DNA of 63,975 bases, the filler included, from Octopus bimaculoides (Eukaryota): NCBI RefSeq assembly GCF_001194135.2. It is 6 parts of 6 records of this genome, joined end to end, with 100 filler letters (N's around TTAATTAATTAA, not from the genome) between each part and the next. Parts side by side here need not be neighbours in the genome. Positions count along the whole stretch, not along the records: positions 1 to 30,976 come from NC_068983.1; positions 31,077 to 55,864 come from NC_068986.1; 4 more parts are not named here. One strand, 5' to 3'. Shown here piece after piece: positions 25,481 to 37,257 of this stretch (positions are counted from its first letter, which is position 1; each line of letters begins with the position of its first letter). Under the pieces are notes generated by a model. That model had not been told where the DNA came from and did not search any database. It saw only the letters and a list, made by a program, of their open reading frames with translations. The position numbers and the translations under genes were made by a program.

Positions 25481-26519
25481 CATATGGTGCGTTAGCTTTT
25501 TTAAACCTTCTTTATCACTCTTCTTTTGAGGCAAGGCAGTATTTGACGCTTTCTAATAAGGGCATTTTTTTTTTTTCAAACAACTATATGAAGGAGGGTA
25601 AAATATCTATTTTATGTATTAGCTACGTGCCTCACCAATTTGTGAAATTCTTTGAAATAACTCCTCAAGAAAACGCGATTTCAGATATTATACTTATATC
25701 AAATGCATGCTATTTCATAATCACAAATTTTCTTCGAAATCAAAACAATGAAAGGTTTTAGCAAAAGGAACCTATCTCATGTATAAATCCCCAAATGATA
25801 GAAAGCAAAAACACATAAAAATATAAAAAATTCATATGTAATATAAAAAAAATTCAAAATTTTGCACTGAAAGGCAAAAATATTGAAAGTATTTCAAGTA
25901 TTTTACAAGTACAGAGGTAAATCACCGACGCCAAAACGAATATGATCAATATAAATTGAATAAGTACATAATATTTTAAAGGGTAATCATTCCCAATCTC
26001 GTTGAGTACAGCCAACAGGAAATATATGAAAGCTCACATGATAATAAAAATTGTAGCAAATCTATGTTCATAAAGTAATAAATCTTAAAATCAACCCACA
26101 TTTGCCTTATTTGATTAACGTATTCTTTACTTTACTTCTGAGTGAGGAGATCAACATTACTAACTTTCAAGTGGTTAATAAAAAAAAAAATTCTGGGAAG
26201 ACATGAAAGAAACCGGAGAAAACAGAAATGGATAATATCAATGATTGGATATACTAAAAAATGCAGTGAATATATCATAAGAACAGCTAAAACAAGATAG
26301 AAATGTATGCTAATTTTTTATCCACTGATCCCAATAGCTGGTAAATTTCATAATTACCAAGCTTAAAATCTTACCAATAATACAGTGCTCAATATTTTCT
26401 AAGATTAAAAAGAAGAAACAACATAATATAGCTTCTCTCACTCCATATGTTTAAAATGAAGACCGAAACAACAGGTCTGCACACACTCACACACACAGAC
26501 ACACACAAACACATAAACA

Positions 26520-26521
<2 letters not shown>

Positions 26522-26593
<72 letters not shown>

Positions 26594-26700
26594 CTATCTC
26601 TCTCACTCTCTCTCTCTCTTTCCCTCTCTCTCTCTCTCTCACTTTCTCTCTCGCACACACAAACACACACAAACAGGTATATATATATATATATATGTGT
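26522..26700. repeat. (CT)n/(CTAT)n/(TA)n compound microsatellite
   Basis: Visible directly. Confidence 0.9.
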
Positions 26701-26859
26701 GTGTAAATATATATAAAGGACATTAACTGTGTATTAATGCATCACGCTATCGAGGGACTAAATAAGTAAAAAAGACTACCAAAAATAAGTAACATATTTA
26801 CCGAAAGCGAGGGAATGCAGCTTTTCAAAATGTATCTCTTAAAAACATTTAACTCAACG

Positions 26860-26931
26860 GTAGACCACTGGTTTCTCAATCAAATACAGAAAAAAGTGTG
26901 AAGTAACCTGTATTCTTTTGTTCATCAGTAC
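26860..26931 (-). ncRNA. Type I hammerhead ribozyme-like motif (unit A)
   Basis: gta-CTGATGA-[stem II aatacag/ctgtatt]-GAAA-ccagtgg-TC-tac; 3-bp stem I, A-A mismatch at the base of stem II. Confidence 0.55.
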
Positions 26932-27396
26932 ACGTATGGTCAAGATATATAAAAATAAACAAGAATCAACCTACCACGAGTAGCCATCACAGCAACGATG
27001 ACTTTTGTTCACAATTATATATCCCTGAAACAGATTTGAATTTATCCAGTTGCATCTCGGTAACATGTGCTTATACAGAATGATATTCATCACTGAATAT
27101 ATTCTAATTATTTATAATATAATATAGGATAAATTCTTTATAAGAATTTATCAAGTAGTCAGCGTGAAAAAAACCTCATAATGAAAAATTAACGAAAAAT
27201 TTCGTATTGAAAAGATTTAGCGTTTCTTCATAGATATATTTAAATATATATAAAGGCCATTAACTGTGTATTAATGCATCACGCTATCGAGAGACTAAAT
27301 AAGTAAAAAAAACTACCAAAAATAAGTAACATATTTACCGAAAGCGAGGGAATGCAGCTTTTCAAAATTTATCTCTTAAAAACATTTAACTCAATG

Positions 27397-27468
27397 GTAG
27401 ACCACTGGTTTCTCAATCAAATACAGAAGAAACTGTGATGTAACCTGTATTCTTTTGTTCATCAGTAC
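27397..27468 (-). ncRNA. Type I hammerhead ribozyme-like motif (unit B)
   Basis: Same core as unit A. Confidence 0.55.
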
Positions 27469-27683
27469 GCGTATGGTCAAGATATATAAAAATAAACAAG
27501 AATCAACCTACCACGATGTAGCCATCACAGCAACGATGACTTTTGTTCACAATTATATATCCCTGAAAGAGATTTGAATTTATCCAGTTGCATCTCGGTA
27601 ACATGTGCTTATACAGAATGATATTCATCACTGAATATATTCTAATTATTTATAATATTTTTTTATATATCTTGACCATACGT

Positions 27684-27755
27684 GTACTGATGAACAAAAG
27701 AATACAGGTTACTTCACAGTTTTTTCTGTATTTGATTGAGAAACCGGTGGTCTAC
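27684..27755 (+). ncRNA. Type I hammerhead ribozyme-like motif (inverted unit C)
   Basis: gta CTGATGA acaaaagaatacagg..tctgtatttgattga GAAA ccggtgg TC tac. Confidence 0.55.
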
Positions 27756-27981
27756 CCTTGAGTTAAATGTTTTTAAGAGAGATAAATTTTGAAAAGCTGC
27801 ATTCCCTCGCTTTCGGTAAATATGTTACTTATTTTTGGTAGTTTTTTTACTTATTTAGTCCCTCGATAGTGTGACGCATTAATACACAGTTAATGCCCTT
27901 TATATATATTTAAATATATATAAAGGGCATTAACTGTGTATTAATGCGTCACACTATCGAGGGACTAAATANNNNNNNNNN

Positions 27982-28870
27982 GAATGTTATGTAATAGTCA
28001 TTTACGTACGTTTCAATCTAGCCAATGGTTTGGCAGATCTCATCAGAATGTTGAGGGGTATGTTAAGAGTTCGTGGTGCGAGGGATGTAGGAGAAGTGAT
28101 TGGTGGGTATACTAATGTATATGGTGGTGTAATAATAACGATAGGTAAAGAAAGCCTTACGTTTTAGTTGAAGTTGCGTTGATCTTCCTGTAAGGGGATG
28201 TAGGATGGGTGCTATTTAAGCTCATTATTCCGGTTTTGATCAAATGCATCTCCACGTGATTTTATGATTGAGGGATCCGCCGTATATTTATAGCACCGGC
28301 GGTGTTAGTACAGGGAAGCAACCTTAAATTTAGGTGAAAATGGGGCTAACTCTGGTCTTATTCGTATCTCCTTATAATTAATAATACTTAGAAGGAAAGT
28401 TATTTTATGCATATTTAGTTTAGCTTAGCAGGTGTAGTGTATTATATATTTAACTATACTTAGAGAATGAGTATTTAGTAGCGTAAAGACAGATTAGACT
28501 AGATTCATATCTCCTGTTTAATAGTTCGTTCTTAGCCGTTAGGATCTCAAGGCACTCGGTTAAACAGAGCTGACAACGTCTGTTAGTTGGGTTATAGGAA
28601 TTAGCTACTTTTAGTATGTGCCACTTTAGTTTATATTCTATCTTATTGTCATTTAGTTCCCAGATATACCTACTAAGCCCTGTTGAATGTGCCTTATTTC
28701 TGTTTTTAAAACTAGATAGGTGCTCATTATATCTAAGACGTATTTGGTTTTTCGTGGTCCCAATGTAAGATTTAGTGTGGGTGTTTGTTTGTACGTCACA
28801 TTGGTAAACTATATTGTCTGTCTTGCATCTATTGGAGAAATTACATTTATTCCTGAGGCAACCCTATCAT
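27982..28870 (-). mobile_element. Penelope-like element 3' end: GIY-YIG endonuclease (~28440-28870) plus 3' UTR
   Basis: CKTDNIVYQCDV..KSYIGTTKT..RYNEHLSSF..LSRYIWEL..KWHILK..YNPTNRRCQLCLTE: GIY-YIG core with the KW..Y..CxLCxxE C-terminus typical of Neptune-like PLEs. Confidence 0.88.
27999..28050 (-). ncRNA. Minimal type I hammerhead ribozyme (GUA cleavage site)
   Basis: catt-CTGATGA-gatct gccaa acca ttggc t agatt-GAAA-cg ta cg-TA-aatg: complete core, 4-bp stem I, 10-bp stem II with one bulge, palindromic stem III (ACGTACGT). Confidence 0.85.
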
Positions 28871-28873
28871 TTA

Positions 28874-28927
<54 letters not shown>

Positions 28928-29143
28928 AGTTATGAGCGATAGTGGTGTCAATTAGATCCAGAGTTTTCAGGTAAAGCTGAGTAAGTTCTTTGGATAGACC
29001 ACAGTTAAGCTCCAGGTTCGGTGAATATGCGAATAAGGGGTCCAACATAGGTCATATATCAGCGTGTGAATATAAGGATTTAATTTTCGTAGTGAGATCA
29101 AAAACCAAGACTGTGTATAATATAGAACATTTATAAATAGAAG

Positions 29144-29195
29144 GTCTTACAGCCAGCTGTTTCCAGGATATTTATTTTATCCCTTCATCCGTGAC
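29144..29195 (-). ncRNA. Degenerate type I hammerhead motif
   Basis: gtca-CGGATGA-agggata aaataaa tatcctg-GAAA-cagc tg gctg-TA-agac; the core has a U-to-G change, so it is probably inactive. Confidence 0.5.
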
Positions 29196-29989
29196 GGTGT
29201 GAGAGGATGATTAAGCAATGATTAGTTTAGTTATATAGGAAATAGTGAATGTAGGGATATTTTAATGTTTGCATGTTGCTTGTGTATGCATTATGCTTGT
29301 GCCTTTATGTGTTTCCTTACGTGTGATCATGCATATATTTATATATTACTAACTGTATTTGTCTGCTTCTCCTACATATTCCTTCAACATTCTAAAGCAG
29401 CCTCATAAATGATAACTTTAAGATGATCGTATTTCAGTTCTCATTTGAATTGCATTTCCTTACAGATTTTCTTCAATAGCACAAAGTTTTTATCTCTGTT
29501 AACTTTTCGAAATATTCCATATTCATTTTGTACGCAAATCAGCGAAATTCTCTTAGCCCAATCCACATCCACACTTTTCTTTTATTACTTCCGCTAGACA
29601 TCTCTCAGTGGACAATCAACCAGCGTTATTTCCATTTCGTGGCGAAGATAATTCACCTTGATTTTGTAGAAGACTGATGATATGTCAGAAATTCTAACAT
29701 TTTCCATTCTTTATAAATATAAATGTTAAAACCCCAAAGACATTCATATTTACTTCTGTTCATTCACGTCTATATCATTTTATTTTCCGATTTAAATTAC
29801 CGCATGTCTTTGTGCGTGTTTCTATGCAGTTAGCTAGATAGATGTCCATGTATGAGTTATGTATTCGTTTTTCATAAGGCATTCATTTAATATAATTTTT
29901 AATTCTTCATATACTTTTCAATATTTATTTTCACATGTATATCGATATATATCAGTTAATCCTTTTAAATATTGATTTTTTCCAAGCTG

Positions 29990-30976
29990 AAACACACACA
30001 CGCACTCGCAGACAGATTCGAAATCAAAACTGGCATGACAGCCTTTCTATACAAGACAATGACCTCAAACTAAGTCATTTTATGTCAACCATACAAGACA
30101 TATGCACCAAATACGTGCCAAATAGAAAGACCAGCAAACATGCCAATAGAATTCCTAGAGACAGGAAAATCCTTATGAGACACAGAACAAAGGTCTCAAA
30201 CCAGTTAAATAGAGAACTGGAGGATAGGAAAAGGGCTAAATTAAAACTAACACTGTTAGAAATAGAAAACAAGTTTAAATTCTCCCATGAAAAGGAGAGA
30301 GCAGAGAAGAAGAGAGCAGTAGAAAGCATAAAAACAAACCCCAGGGCTTTCTATAGATTTGCAAAAGAGACTGCTACGGTACAGTATAAGATAGCACCCC
30401 TATACCTGCCTAATGGCTCACTGACTGCAGATCCCACATGGATAAGTGAAGTGCTCAGTACACAATTCAAGAGTGCCTTCACTTCTCCTCTGAGTCACAT
30501 GCAGATAAAGAACCCAACTGATTTCTTTGACAATAGCACTCACCAGAAAAAACTCCATCCATTACCTACATTGACATTGAAGAGGAAGGTGTAATAGTTG
30601 CCATAAATGAAATGAGCTCAAATTCGGCAACTGGCCCCGATGGTTTCCCAGCTGTCCTCTTAAAGTCGTGTAAACAAGAACTAGCAGGACCACTCCGGAT
30701 ACTCTTCCAGAGTTTCCTTGCAAATGGTAAACTTCCCAAAAAGCTGAAGTAAGGCACCATATGTCCTATCCATAAAGGTGGAAGCAGAGCAGAGGCTGGG
30801 AACTACTTCACATATTAGCAAAGTCATGGAACGAATTGTCAGAAGGAGATTGATTGCTTTCCTAGAAGAAAATGACTTGCTGAATGAGACCCAGCATGGT
30901 TTCCGTCCAGGTAGAAGCTGCCTCACGCAGCTCTTGCAGCATTATGACTGGGTCCTGAAGCAGCTACTGGACCATT
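29990..30976 (+). mobile_element. CR1-group LINE, linker and RT N-terminal part, frameshifted, cut by gap
   Basis: IKTNPRAFYRFAK..SATGPDGFP..PIHKGGSRAEAGNY..SKVMERIV..QHGFRPGRSCLTQLL. Confidence 0.88.
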
Positions 30977-31020
30977 NNNNNNNNNNNNNNNNNNNNNNNN
31001 NNNNNNNNNNNNNNNNNNNN

Positions 31021-31032
31021 TTAATTAATTAA
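31021..31032. other. Assembly spacer TTAATTAATTAA inside an N gap (also at 55909-55920, 57835-57846, 60745-60756, 62852-62863)
   Basis: The identical 12-mer has stops in all six frames and is flanked by 44 N on each side, giving a 100-bp gap marker; not biological. Confidence 0.95.
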
Positions 31033-32011
31033 NNNNNNNNNNNNNNNNNNNNNNNNNNNNNNNNNNNNNNNNNNNNACTTTTGTGGTATGTAGTATTTTT
31101 GCTGCTATTTCTAGCGAGTAGATGTCCTATTATAGGCGTCTCTGCATTTCTAATGAATAATACATAGTCTATTGACTGTTTTTACTCTCGCTAGGCCACT
31201 GGTGGTAAATAAAATTTCTAAAATTTTCTTTGCCACCCTATAATTTATTAATAATTATATATATATGTATGTATATATATATAATGTACACACATATATA
31301 CATTATGCATGTAAACGTGTGTGTTTTTACATGTTAATATGTATGTATGTAAGCATACGTGTGTGTATGTAGTTGTGCGTGTGCGCATGTATGTGTGAGT
31401 GTGTGTTTGTGAATGCGGGTGTATGTGAGAGTGTGTGTGCGCACGCATGTGCATGTGTGTGTGCGTGTGTGCGTGTGCTTGTCTGTATGTCAATCCTTAT
31501 ATTCAACTTAACGTGGATGTTGTAAGATTGGTAGCAACTTACTTCCTATACTCTTGTAAACTGCCGTAGGCTTGATTTCAGTTGTTTTCCATAGGTCCTT
31601 GACTCGCGACAGCTGGCTCTGGTTTCTTATTGTGATATTATTAGATTGCAGTAAACCTGAATGGAACTGGCCTGCATTTATTTATATAATCAGAAAAAAC
31701 GATCGTATAGAACAACATATCTGGATTGAAAACAAAAGGATAAATATATAGTTCATACGTTAACTGTGCACAACAGCTGTTTCATTAGGATAAACATGAT
31801 TAATTCCATAATTACGTAATTATGATATGCAATTAAAATTTTTGTTTATTTAAACAATCAGGTATATTATGTGTTGTGATAATCAGATAATTTTTACTAT
31901 AGTAAAAAAATTTCCTTTTCTTAGTGGTATTATGAAGGAAATTATTACTGCCAATACTACTTTAGTGACAAAAGTCAGTCAAATTTCAGACAAAATTAAT
32001 TGTAATATTTC

Positions 32012-32860
32012 ATGGCATTCCATAAGTTCTCATTTTTTGTTCTAGTGAATTCGAAATTTTTACCCGTCACTGCATGTTTGATGAAATTATTATCACACGT
32101 GGACTACAAACCTAGTGCTCTGTATCAATCATATATTGATGAAAACTCCACGCTTTTTATGAATATTTCATCTGAGTGTATATTCCTATTTTCCTTATTG
32201 CAAAGATCTGTTCTGAAAGAGATAAACCCATAATGATTCGATGACGTGAGCTTATATCGATTATCAGTTTAAGTAGATATATAGCATACTGATTACTAAG
32301 ATTCTTGCTAAAGGCAAGAATATAATAACTTCTCATTATCTTCTTTGTCTAAAATAATATAAGGACATATAACTATAAATAAGGAAATATAACAACTCTA
32401 TACCTGAGGTTATAAACCCCTCCTATAACAGAAACAGATATTGATGTTAAAAACCCATTAAGTTCTTCAAACTAGTCCGTTTGTAACAAGATAACTATTA
32501 GACAAAGACTAAAAGTATAACTAAAAGGAAAACAATGGCTGGGGGAAACTGAAGCCTTTCTTTAAAGCTAACCTCTTTAACATGTACTGATGTCAAAAGT
32601 CTGGCTCTTTTATAAAACAAGATATACAATTGGAGATCTATAAACAACAAAAGCTATTGTAATCCCCTTGTCATTTCACCATATGACTGTCAGCTGATGC
32701 AAGTTCAGACAGTTGACAGTATTATCCTGTTCTTTGATTGACCCGATATCTCATTGCATTGAATCAATAAAAGATCAGGAAATATTATCATATAAATGTG
32801 AATATGCAAGCATACAAGATCTGCTATTTATTGCAGTATTCCAATAATAATTTCAATCAC
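32012..32860 (+). pseudogene. Possible degraded leucine-rich-repeat (Toll-like/LRR ectodomain) gene fragment
   Basis: The ORF starts with a hydrophobic N-terminus (MAFHKFSFFVLV); LRR-like pieces NITTLYLRL (~32386) and VKSLALL*NKI (~32592, LxxLxLxxNxI); NP..C at the end; many stops. Confidence 0.3.
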
Positions 32861-33024
32861 GATTTTCAGACAATTGGTACAAAAACTGAATAATACCCTT
32901 CGATACTCAGTAAATCTTTCAGGAAACAGAACTATATTCGAATTCCAAATGTACACATCTGTCGTGGGACTAATCTCGCAACCGAACTACACACGCATAT
33001 TTGTAATCATCTTTTCTTTAATAT

Positions 33025-33398
33025 TTTATCTTTTACTCGTTTCAGTCATTTGATTGCGGCCATGCTGGGGCACCACCTTGAAGTATTTTTAGTCAATAAA
33101 TTGACCTCAGGACTTATTGTTTTCGTTAAGCCTGTACTTATTCTATCGGTCTTTTCCCCGAACTGCTACGTTACGATAACGTAAACAGACCAATACCGGT
33201 TGTCAAGTGGCGGAGGACAAACACAGATACGAAAACATACACACACACACATATACACACACATACATATATACGACGGGCTTCTTTCAGTTTCTGTCAA
33301 CCAAATCCACTCATAAGGCTTTGATTTGCCCGAGGCTATAGTAGAAGATAAAAGGTGCCACGCAGTGGGACTGAATCCGGAACTATGTGGTTGGGAGG
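33025..33398 (-). mobile_element. tRNA-derived SINE, family A
   Basis: Reverse complement of the family A consensus, 5' end clipped. Confidence 0.88.
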
Positions 33399-33399
33399 G

Positions 33400-33474
<75 letters not shown>

Positions 33475-33496
33475 CATCATCATCATCATCATCATC
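33400..33496. repeat. (ATT)n(ATC)n microsatellite
   Basis: Visible directly. Confidence 0.95.
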
Positions 33497-33575
33497 AACA
33501 TTGAGTGAGAGATCAGTGCATCAAAGTCAGTGCATTGGGGTATATCATTATTATTATTATGAAGATAGTGCTTAT

Positions 33576-33788
33576 AGCGGTGAGCCAGAAGAACTGTTAG
33601 TACGCCAGTCAAAATGCTTTGCGGCATTTCGCTTGTCTTAACGTTCTGAGTTCAAATTCCTCTGATTTTGGCTTTGCCTTTCATCCTTTCGGGGTCGATA
33701 AAATGAGTTCCAGTTGAAGACTAGGGTCGGTTACATCGATCTACCTCCCCCACCTAAATTTCTGGGGTTGTGCCAAAATTTGTAATCA
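33576..33788 (+). mobile_element. tRNA-derived SINE, family B
   Basis: gcggtgagccagaagaactgttag..gttctgagttcaaattcc..ctttcatcctttcggggtcgataaaatgag. Confidence 0.85.
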
Positions 33789-33872
33789 TTATTATTATTA
33801 TTAGTATTATTATTGTTGTTGTTGTTGTTGTTGTTATTATTATTATTATTATTATCATTATTATTATTATTT

Positions 33873-34020
33873 ACTTTGCTGAAGAGTCTTACAGCCTGTA
33901 TTAAAGAATCCATCTTTTTTTCATTCTTACTAAAAAGCTTCAGATCATCCATGTAGAGCAAATAGTTAATTTTTCGTTTTCTATTTCCGAACTGATACCC
34001 TGCCTTTGCCTTTCTTAATC
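33873..34020 (-). mobile_element. Small R4/Dong-type RT fragment between trinucleotide microsatellites
   Basis: LRKAKAGYQF..INYLLYMDDLKLFSKNEKKMDSLIQAVRLFSK. Confidence 0.8.
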
Positions 34021-34027
34021 ATTGTTG

Positions 34028-34038
34028 TTGTCGTCATT

Positions 34039-34103
<65 letters not shown>

Positions 34104-34207
34104 AATCATCATCATCATCATCACCATCATCATCACCATCATCATCACCATCATCATCACCATCATCATCACCATCATCATCACCATCATCATCACCATC
34201 ATCATCA
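34028..34207. repeat. (ATC)n and (ATCATCATCACC)n microsatellite
   Basis: Visible directly. Confidence 0.95.
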
Positions 34208-34399
34208 TTTTTAGGCTCTGATTGAGTCAATGTTTCAGCGTACGGCATTCCGGTTTGCAGAAGTTGATGATCTCTGAAATGCAAATAAGTTTGACGAAGA
34301 TCAATATTTTCGATCAGTCCACATGCCAAAAAGATTACTACCTTCACTATATCACTAATGGTGAGCCAGGTCTCTAAAGAATCAACTAAAGCTATCCAA

Positions 34400-36275
34400 G
34401 CCTATCATCTTCAGAGACACCAAGATCGATGTTTTGCAAATAACTTGCACATGCAAGTGCTACCAGTCGAGAACTCCGCATACTGGAAGCCAGCAAGTAT
34501 ATGGGGTCATCAGGAGAATATGCGCACCGTTTCGGGGCCTATCTCTCGACGGCATCAATGCGCACCGACCCCCTCACTTGGTTATTAAATAAAGCTCAAT
34601 ATTTCTCTAACCATCGCTCATCGTCTCTATGGTTTGTATATCAGTCATGGTGGTATTTACTTTACGATGAGTTAGGCCTAACGATAACAACAGTCGTCTC
34701 ACACTCTGTCCAACAAACACTCAACATCCGACTTCAATTGGAAAATGCTCCGTTTTCCAACTCTGCGTCTTCTCATTCCCCGAGGAGTTTTACAAAACGG
34801 TCAATCTTTCGAGCCCGAGCGACGTCCGTGTTATCTTTATGAGGAACCGTTAACTCGACTAGATTCACGAATTTTCACACCGCATTATAATGTCCGTTTT
34901 TTTTTCGAAACTGGTATAGGAAAGAGTCCCTGGCACCCTACAGTCACCTCCCAATAGCCGTTCCACTTTTCATCGCTCACAGGAAGTTTGTTGTTCTTTT
35001 TGAAACGAATCCGCTATCCTGAACGCACGAAGGTAATGAAATCTCTAGTTGGTACTTTCGACGGTTTTTTTTTCACTGTTATTGAGACGAATTTGGTTCT
35101 TTATGGCATTGAAGATAACCTTAAGGACCAGATTGTGTCTCCATGTATATCTGTTCAATGCTAGTGAACAGTTGCAAATAATATGTTTCAGTGTTCCAAC
35201 CTGTACGCATTTGCATCTATAATTTTCTGAGACGTTCCATCTTATTAGATTTGCAGGTGATGCCAAACATCATAGGATGAACGAATCAGAAAACTTAGCC
35301 GAGATGTGGTCCACCTCCATATCTCAACCCAACTTATTTTCCTCTCAGCAACATGTTCCTCCCATCTCGTCATCTGTCCTTGTTGAATACATTGGATCAA
35401 ATGAAGCCCTCTTCTCTCTGCTTCCATCGTTTTGACGTTGTTGCTAACAACAGATCTGCGTTCTCTCCGCATCATACTTACAAATGGTCTGAACTGATCT
35501 GCGCCAAAACCAAGTCCCTTCCGATGATTTCGCGTTGCACCCACCATATCTCAGTCTGTAAGAGAAGACAAAATGTCATCAGTCTATGCTTCTGCTTTCC
35601 ACTTCCTGACTGTTTTTACATCTGGTGGATTACGCCTGATTTCCATGTCCTTCGACTCTCTCAGCTTCATCACCTTTCGTATCTTCCTCAGCTTATATAT
35701 TTCGACTATTAACGCCAGTGGTAACTACAACGAGCCTCTTTTACAATAAAGAGGTGAACTGTTCAAAAATTCGAGGTAGGTCTAGCCACTTTCTAATGAA
35801 TACATTACATTTTTGTTCAATGATTTGAACTTGTGACAATGCTACCTCGTATATTAAAAGTGGCCACGAAAGTCGCTGATACAAGCCGAACTGTAAAAAC
35901 CAAATTTTATAGTTACCCTGTAACTTTGAGTTATCAATTGCTGATAATCCAACCTCGGCTTGTTTCCTAATTTCCATTTCACGACTCCTGTCTGACACTG
36001 TTCCAGTGTATACTCGCCTCAAGCTCTTGACGGGTTCTTCTTTAACTGTTGGAATGCTTTCTTCAGCTATTCGAAACTTAATTTCTTTCTGTACGCCCAT
36101 AACAAATGTCAGTATACGTGACTTTTCTACTCTAAACCACATCCTTGACCCCCCTCACAAGCTTGTCTAGTCTCACGAGGACACTTTGCATGATTTGTTT
36201 ATCTGTAGATAAAAGTGTCACGTCATCCAAGAATTTCCAAAATAAGATGCGCCTTCAATGATGCAACATCTGTTA
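34400..36275 (-). mobile_element. HERO-type (R2-superfamily, REL) non-LTR retrotransposon, 5'-truncated, degraded
   Basis: FLDDVTLL (RT YxDD), EPVKSL..LQFGLY.RL.WPLLIYE, QQGQMTRWE..RKISW..W..LSFLIRSSYDV, SPANL..W..C.C..GTLKHII.NC..RYTWRHN (CCHC), KPDII..(E)LTVP..FPIEVGC (REL). Confidence 0.85.
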
Positions 36276-36276
36276 T

Positions 36277-36351
<75 letters not shown>

Positions 36352-36689
36352 NNNNNNNNNNNNNNNNNNNNNNNNNNNNNNNNNNNNNNNNNNNNNNNNN
36401 NNNNNNNNNNNNNNNNNNNNNNNNNNNNNNNNNNNNNNNNNNNNNNNNNNNNNNNNNNNNNNNNNNNNNNNNNNNNNNNNNNNNNNNNNNNNNNNNNNNN
36501 ATCCCACGTTCTTCGACAGAAAGGATTGAGCGTGTGAAAAAAATTGAAAGAGAGAACGAAAAACAAACGGAGCGAGTAAAAACTGTAGGGATTAACGGTT
36601 CAATATGATGTATAAACACACACACACACGAACTCCCCCCTCCCACATATATATTCATATACACTATACATACACATATGCGCACATTT

Positions 36690-37150
36690 ACATATATATT
36701 CTGCTTCAATTGCATAATTGTAATCTTCAAAACCAAAAGCCTTTGTCTGAAGTTCCTGAAGTCAACCCGGGGTTTATTTTCACCAATTGGAATATCATGT
36801 ATATGTTAAACTATCTGCCCTAAATTTCAGAATGAACATTATTTTATAGCTCTTTGTTAATTCTACCATTACTATTTTAGTCAGTAAATAATTCGAATCA
36901 TAATATTGTTTTCAAACTGGTTTCATATCAGTCCTTTTGCGAGTATTTGTCTCTCCTCCCATCATTTACACACTTTAGCGTCACCAGTCTCAATTAAACC
37001 TTTCATTGACCAGTTGATAGCACCGTAGCTACTCCTACGCGACTCCTTGACATTCTAGAAGCAGCAACCAAGTTTCTTTTGAATCGAACCACCTCGTCAT
37101 ATAAAACGAAGAACGCATTGGTATGACTTATGGTCCTAGATTTATATAAA
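36690..37150 (+). pseudogene. Coding-like degraded frame, possibly the upstream part of family copy 4
   Basis: LQNQKPLSEVPEVNPGFIFTNWNIMYMLNYLP and RLLDILEAATKFLLNRTT; separated from 38560-38890 by microsatellite, gap and SINE. Confidence 0.25.
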
Positions 37151-37193
37151 AAAAAGTGACTGTATTGTGCCACTGCTGCTGCTGCTGCTGCTG

Positions 37194-37257
<64 letters not shown>

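Larger units (their letters stand above)
26705..27971. repeat. Tandem plus inverted array of a ~0.4-0.5 kb unit: A (+) 26705-27117, B (+) 27242-27658, C (inverted, partial) 27659-27911, D (+, cut by gap) 27912-27971; probable PLE pseudo-LTRs
   Basis: Near-identical units starting aaatatatataaagg.cattaactgtgtattaatgc, with small diagnostic differences between copies; each complete unit carries a hammerhead motif. Confidence 0.9.

Noticed and set aside
29672-29700. CTGATGA tatgtca GAAA
   Set aside because: No stem II, III or I pairing.
31021-31032. Repeated TTAATTAATTAA palindrome at five sites
   Set aside because: Always centred in a 100-bp N gap; an assembly spacer, not biology.
34495-34570. 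GAAAC and CTGATGA close together in the HERO 3' UTR (minus strand)
   Set aside because: The order would need a type II topology, but the flanks (cccc/cccc) are not complementary.
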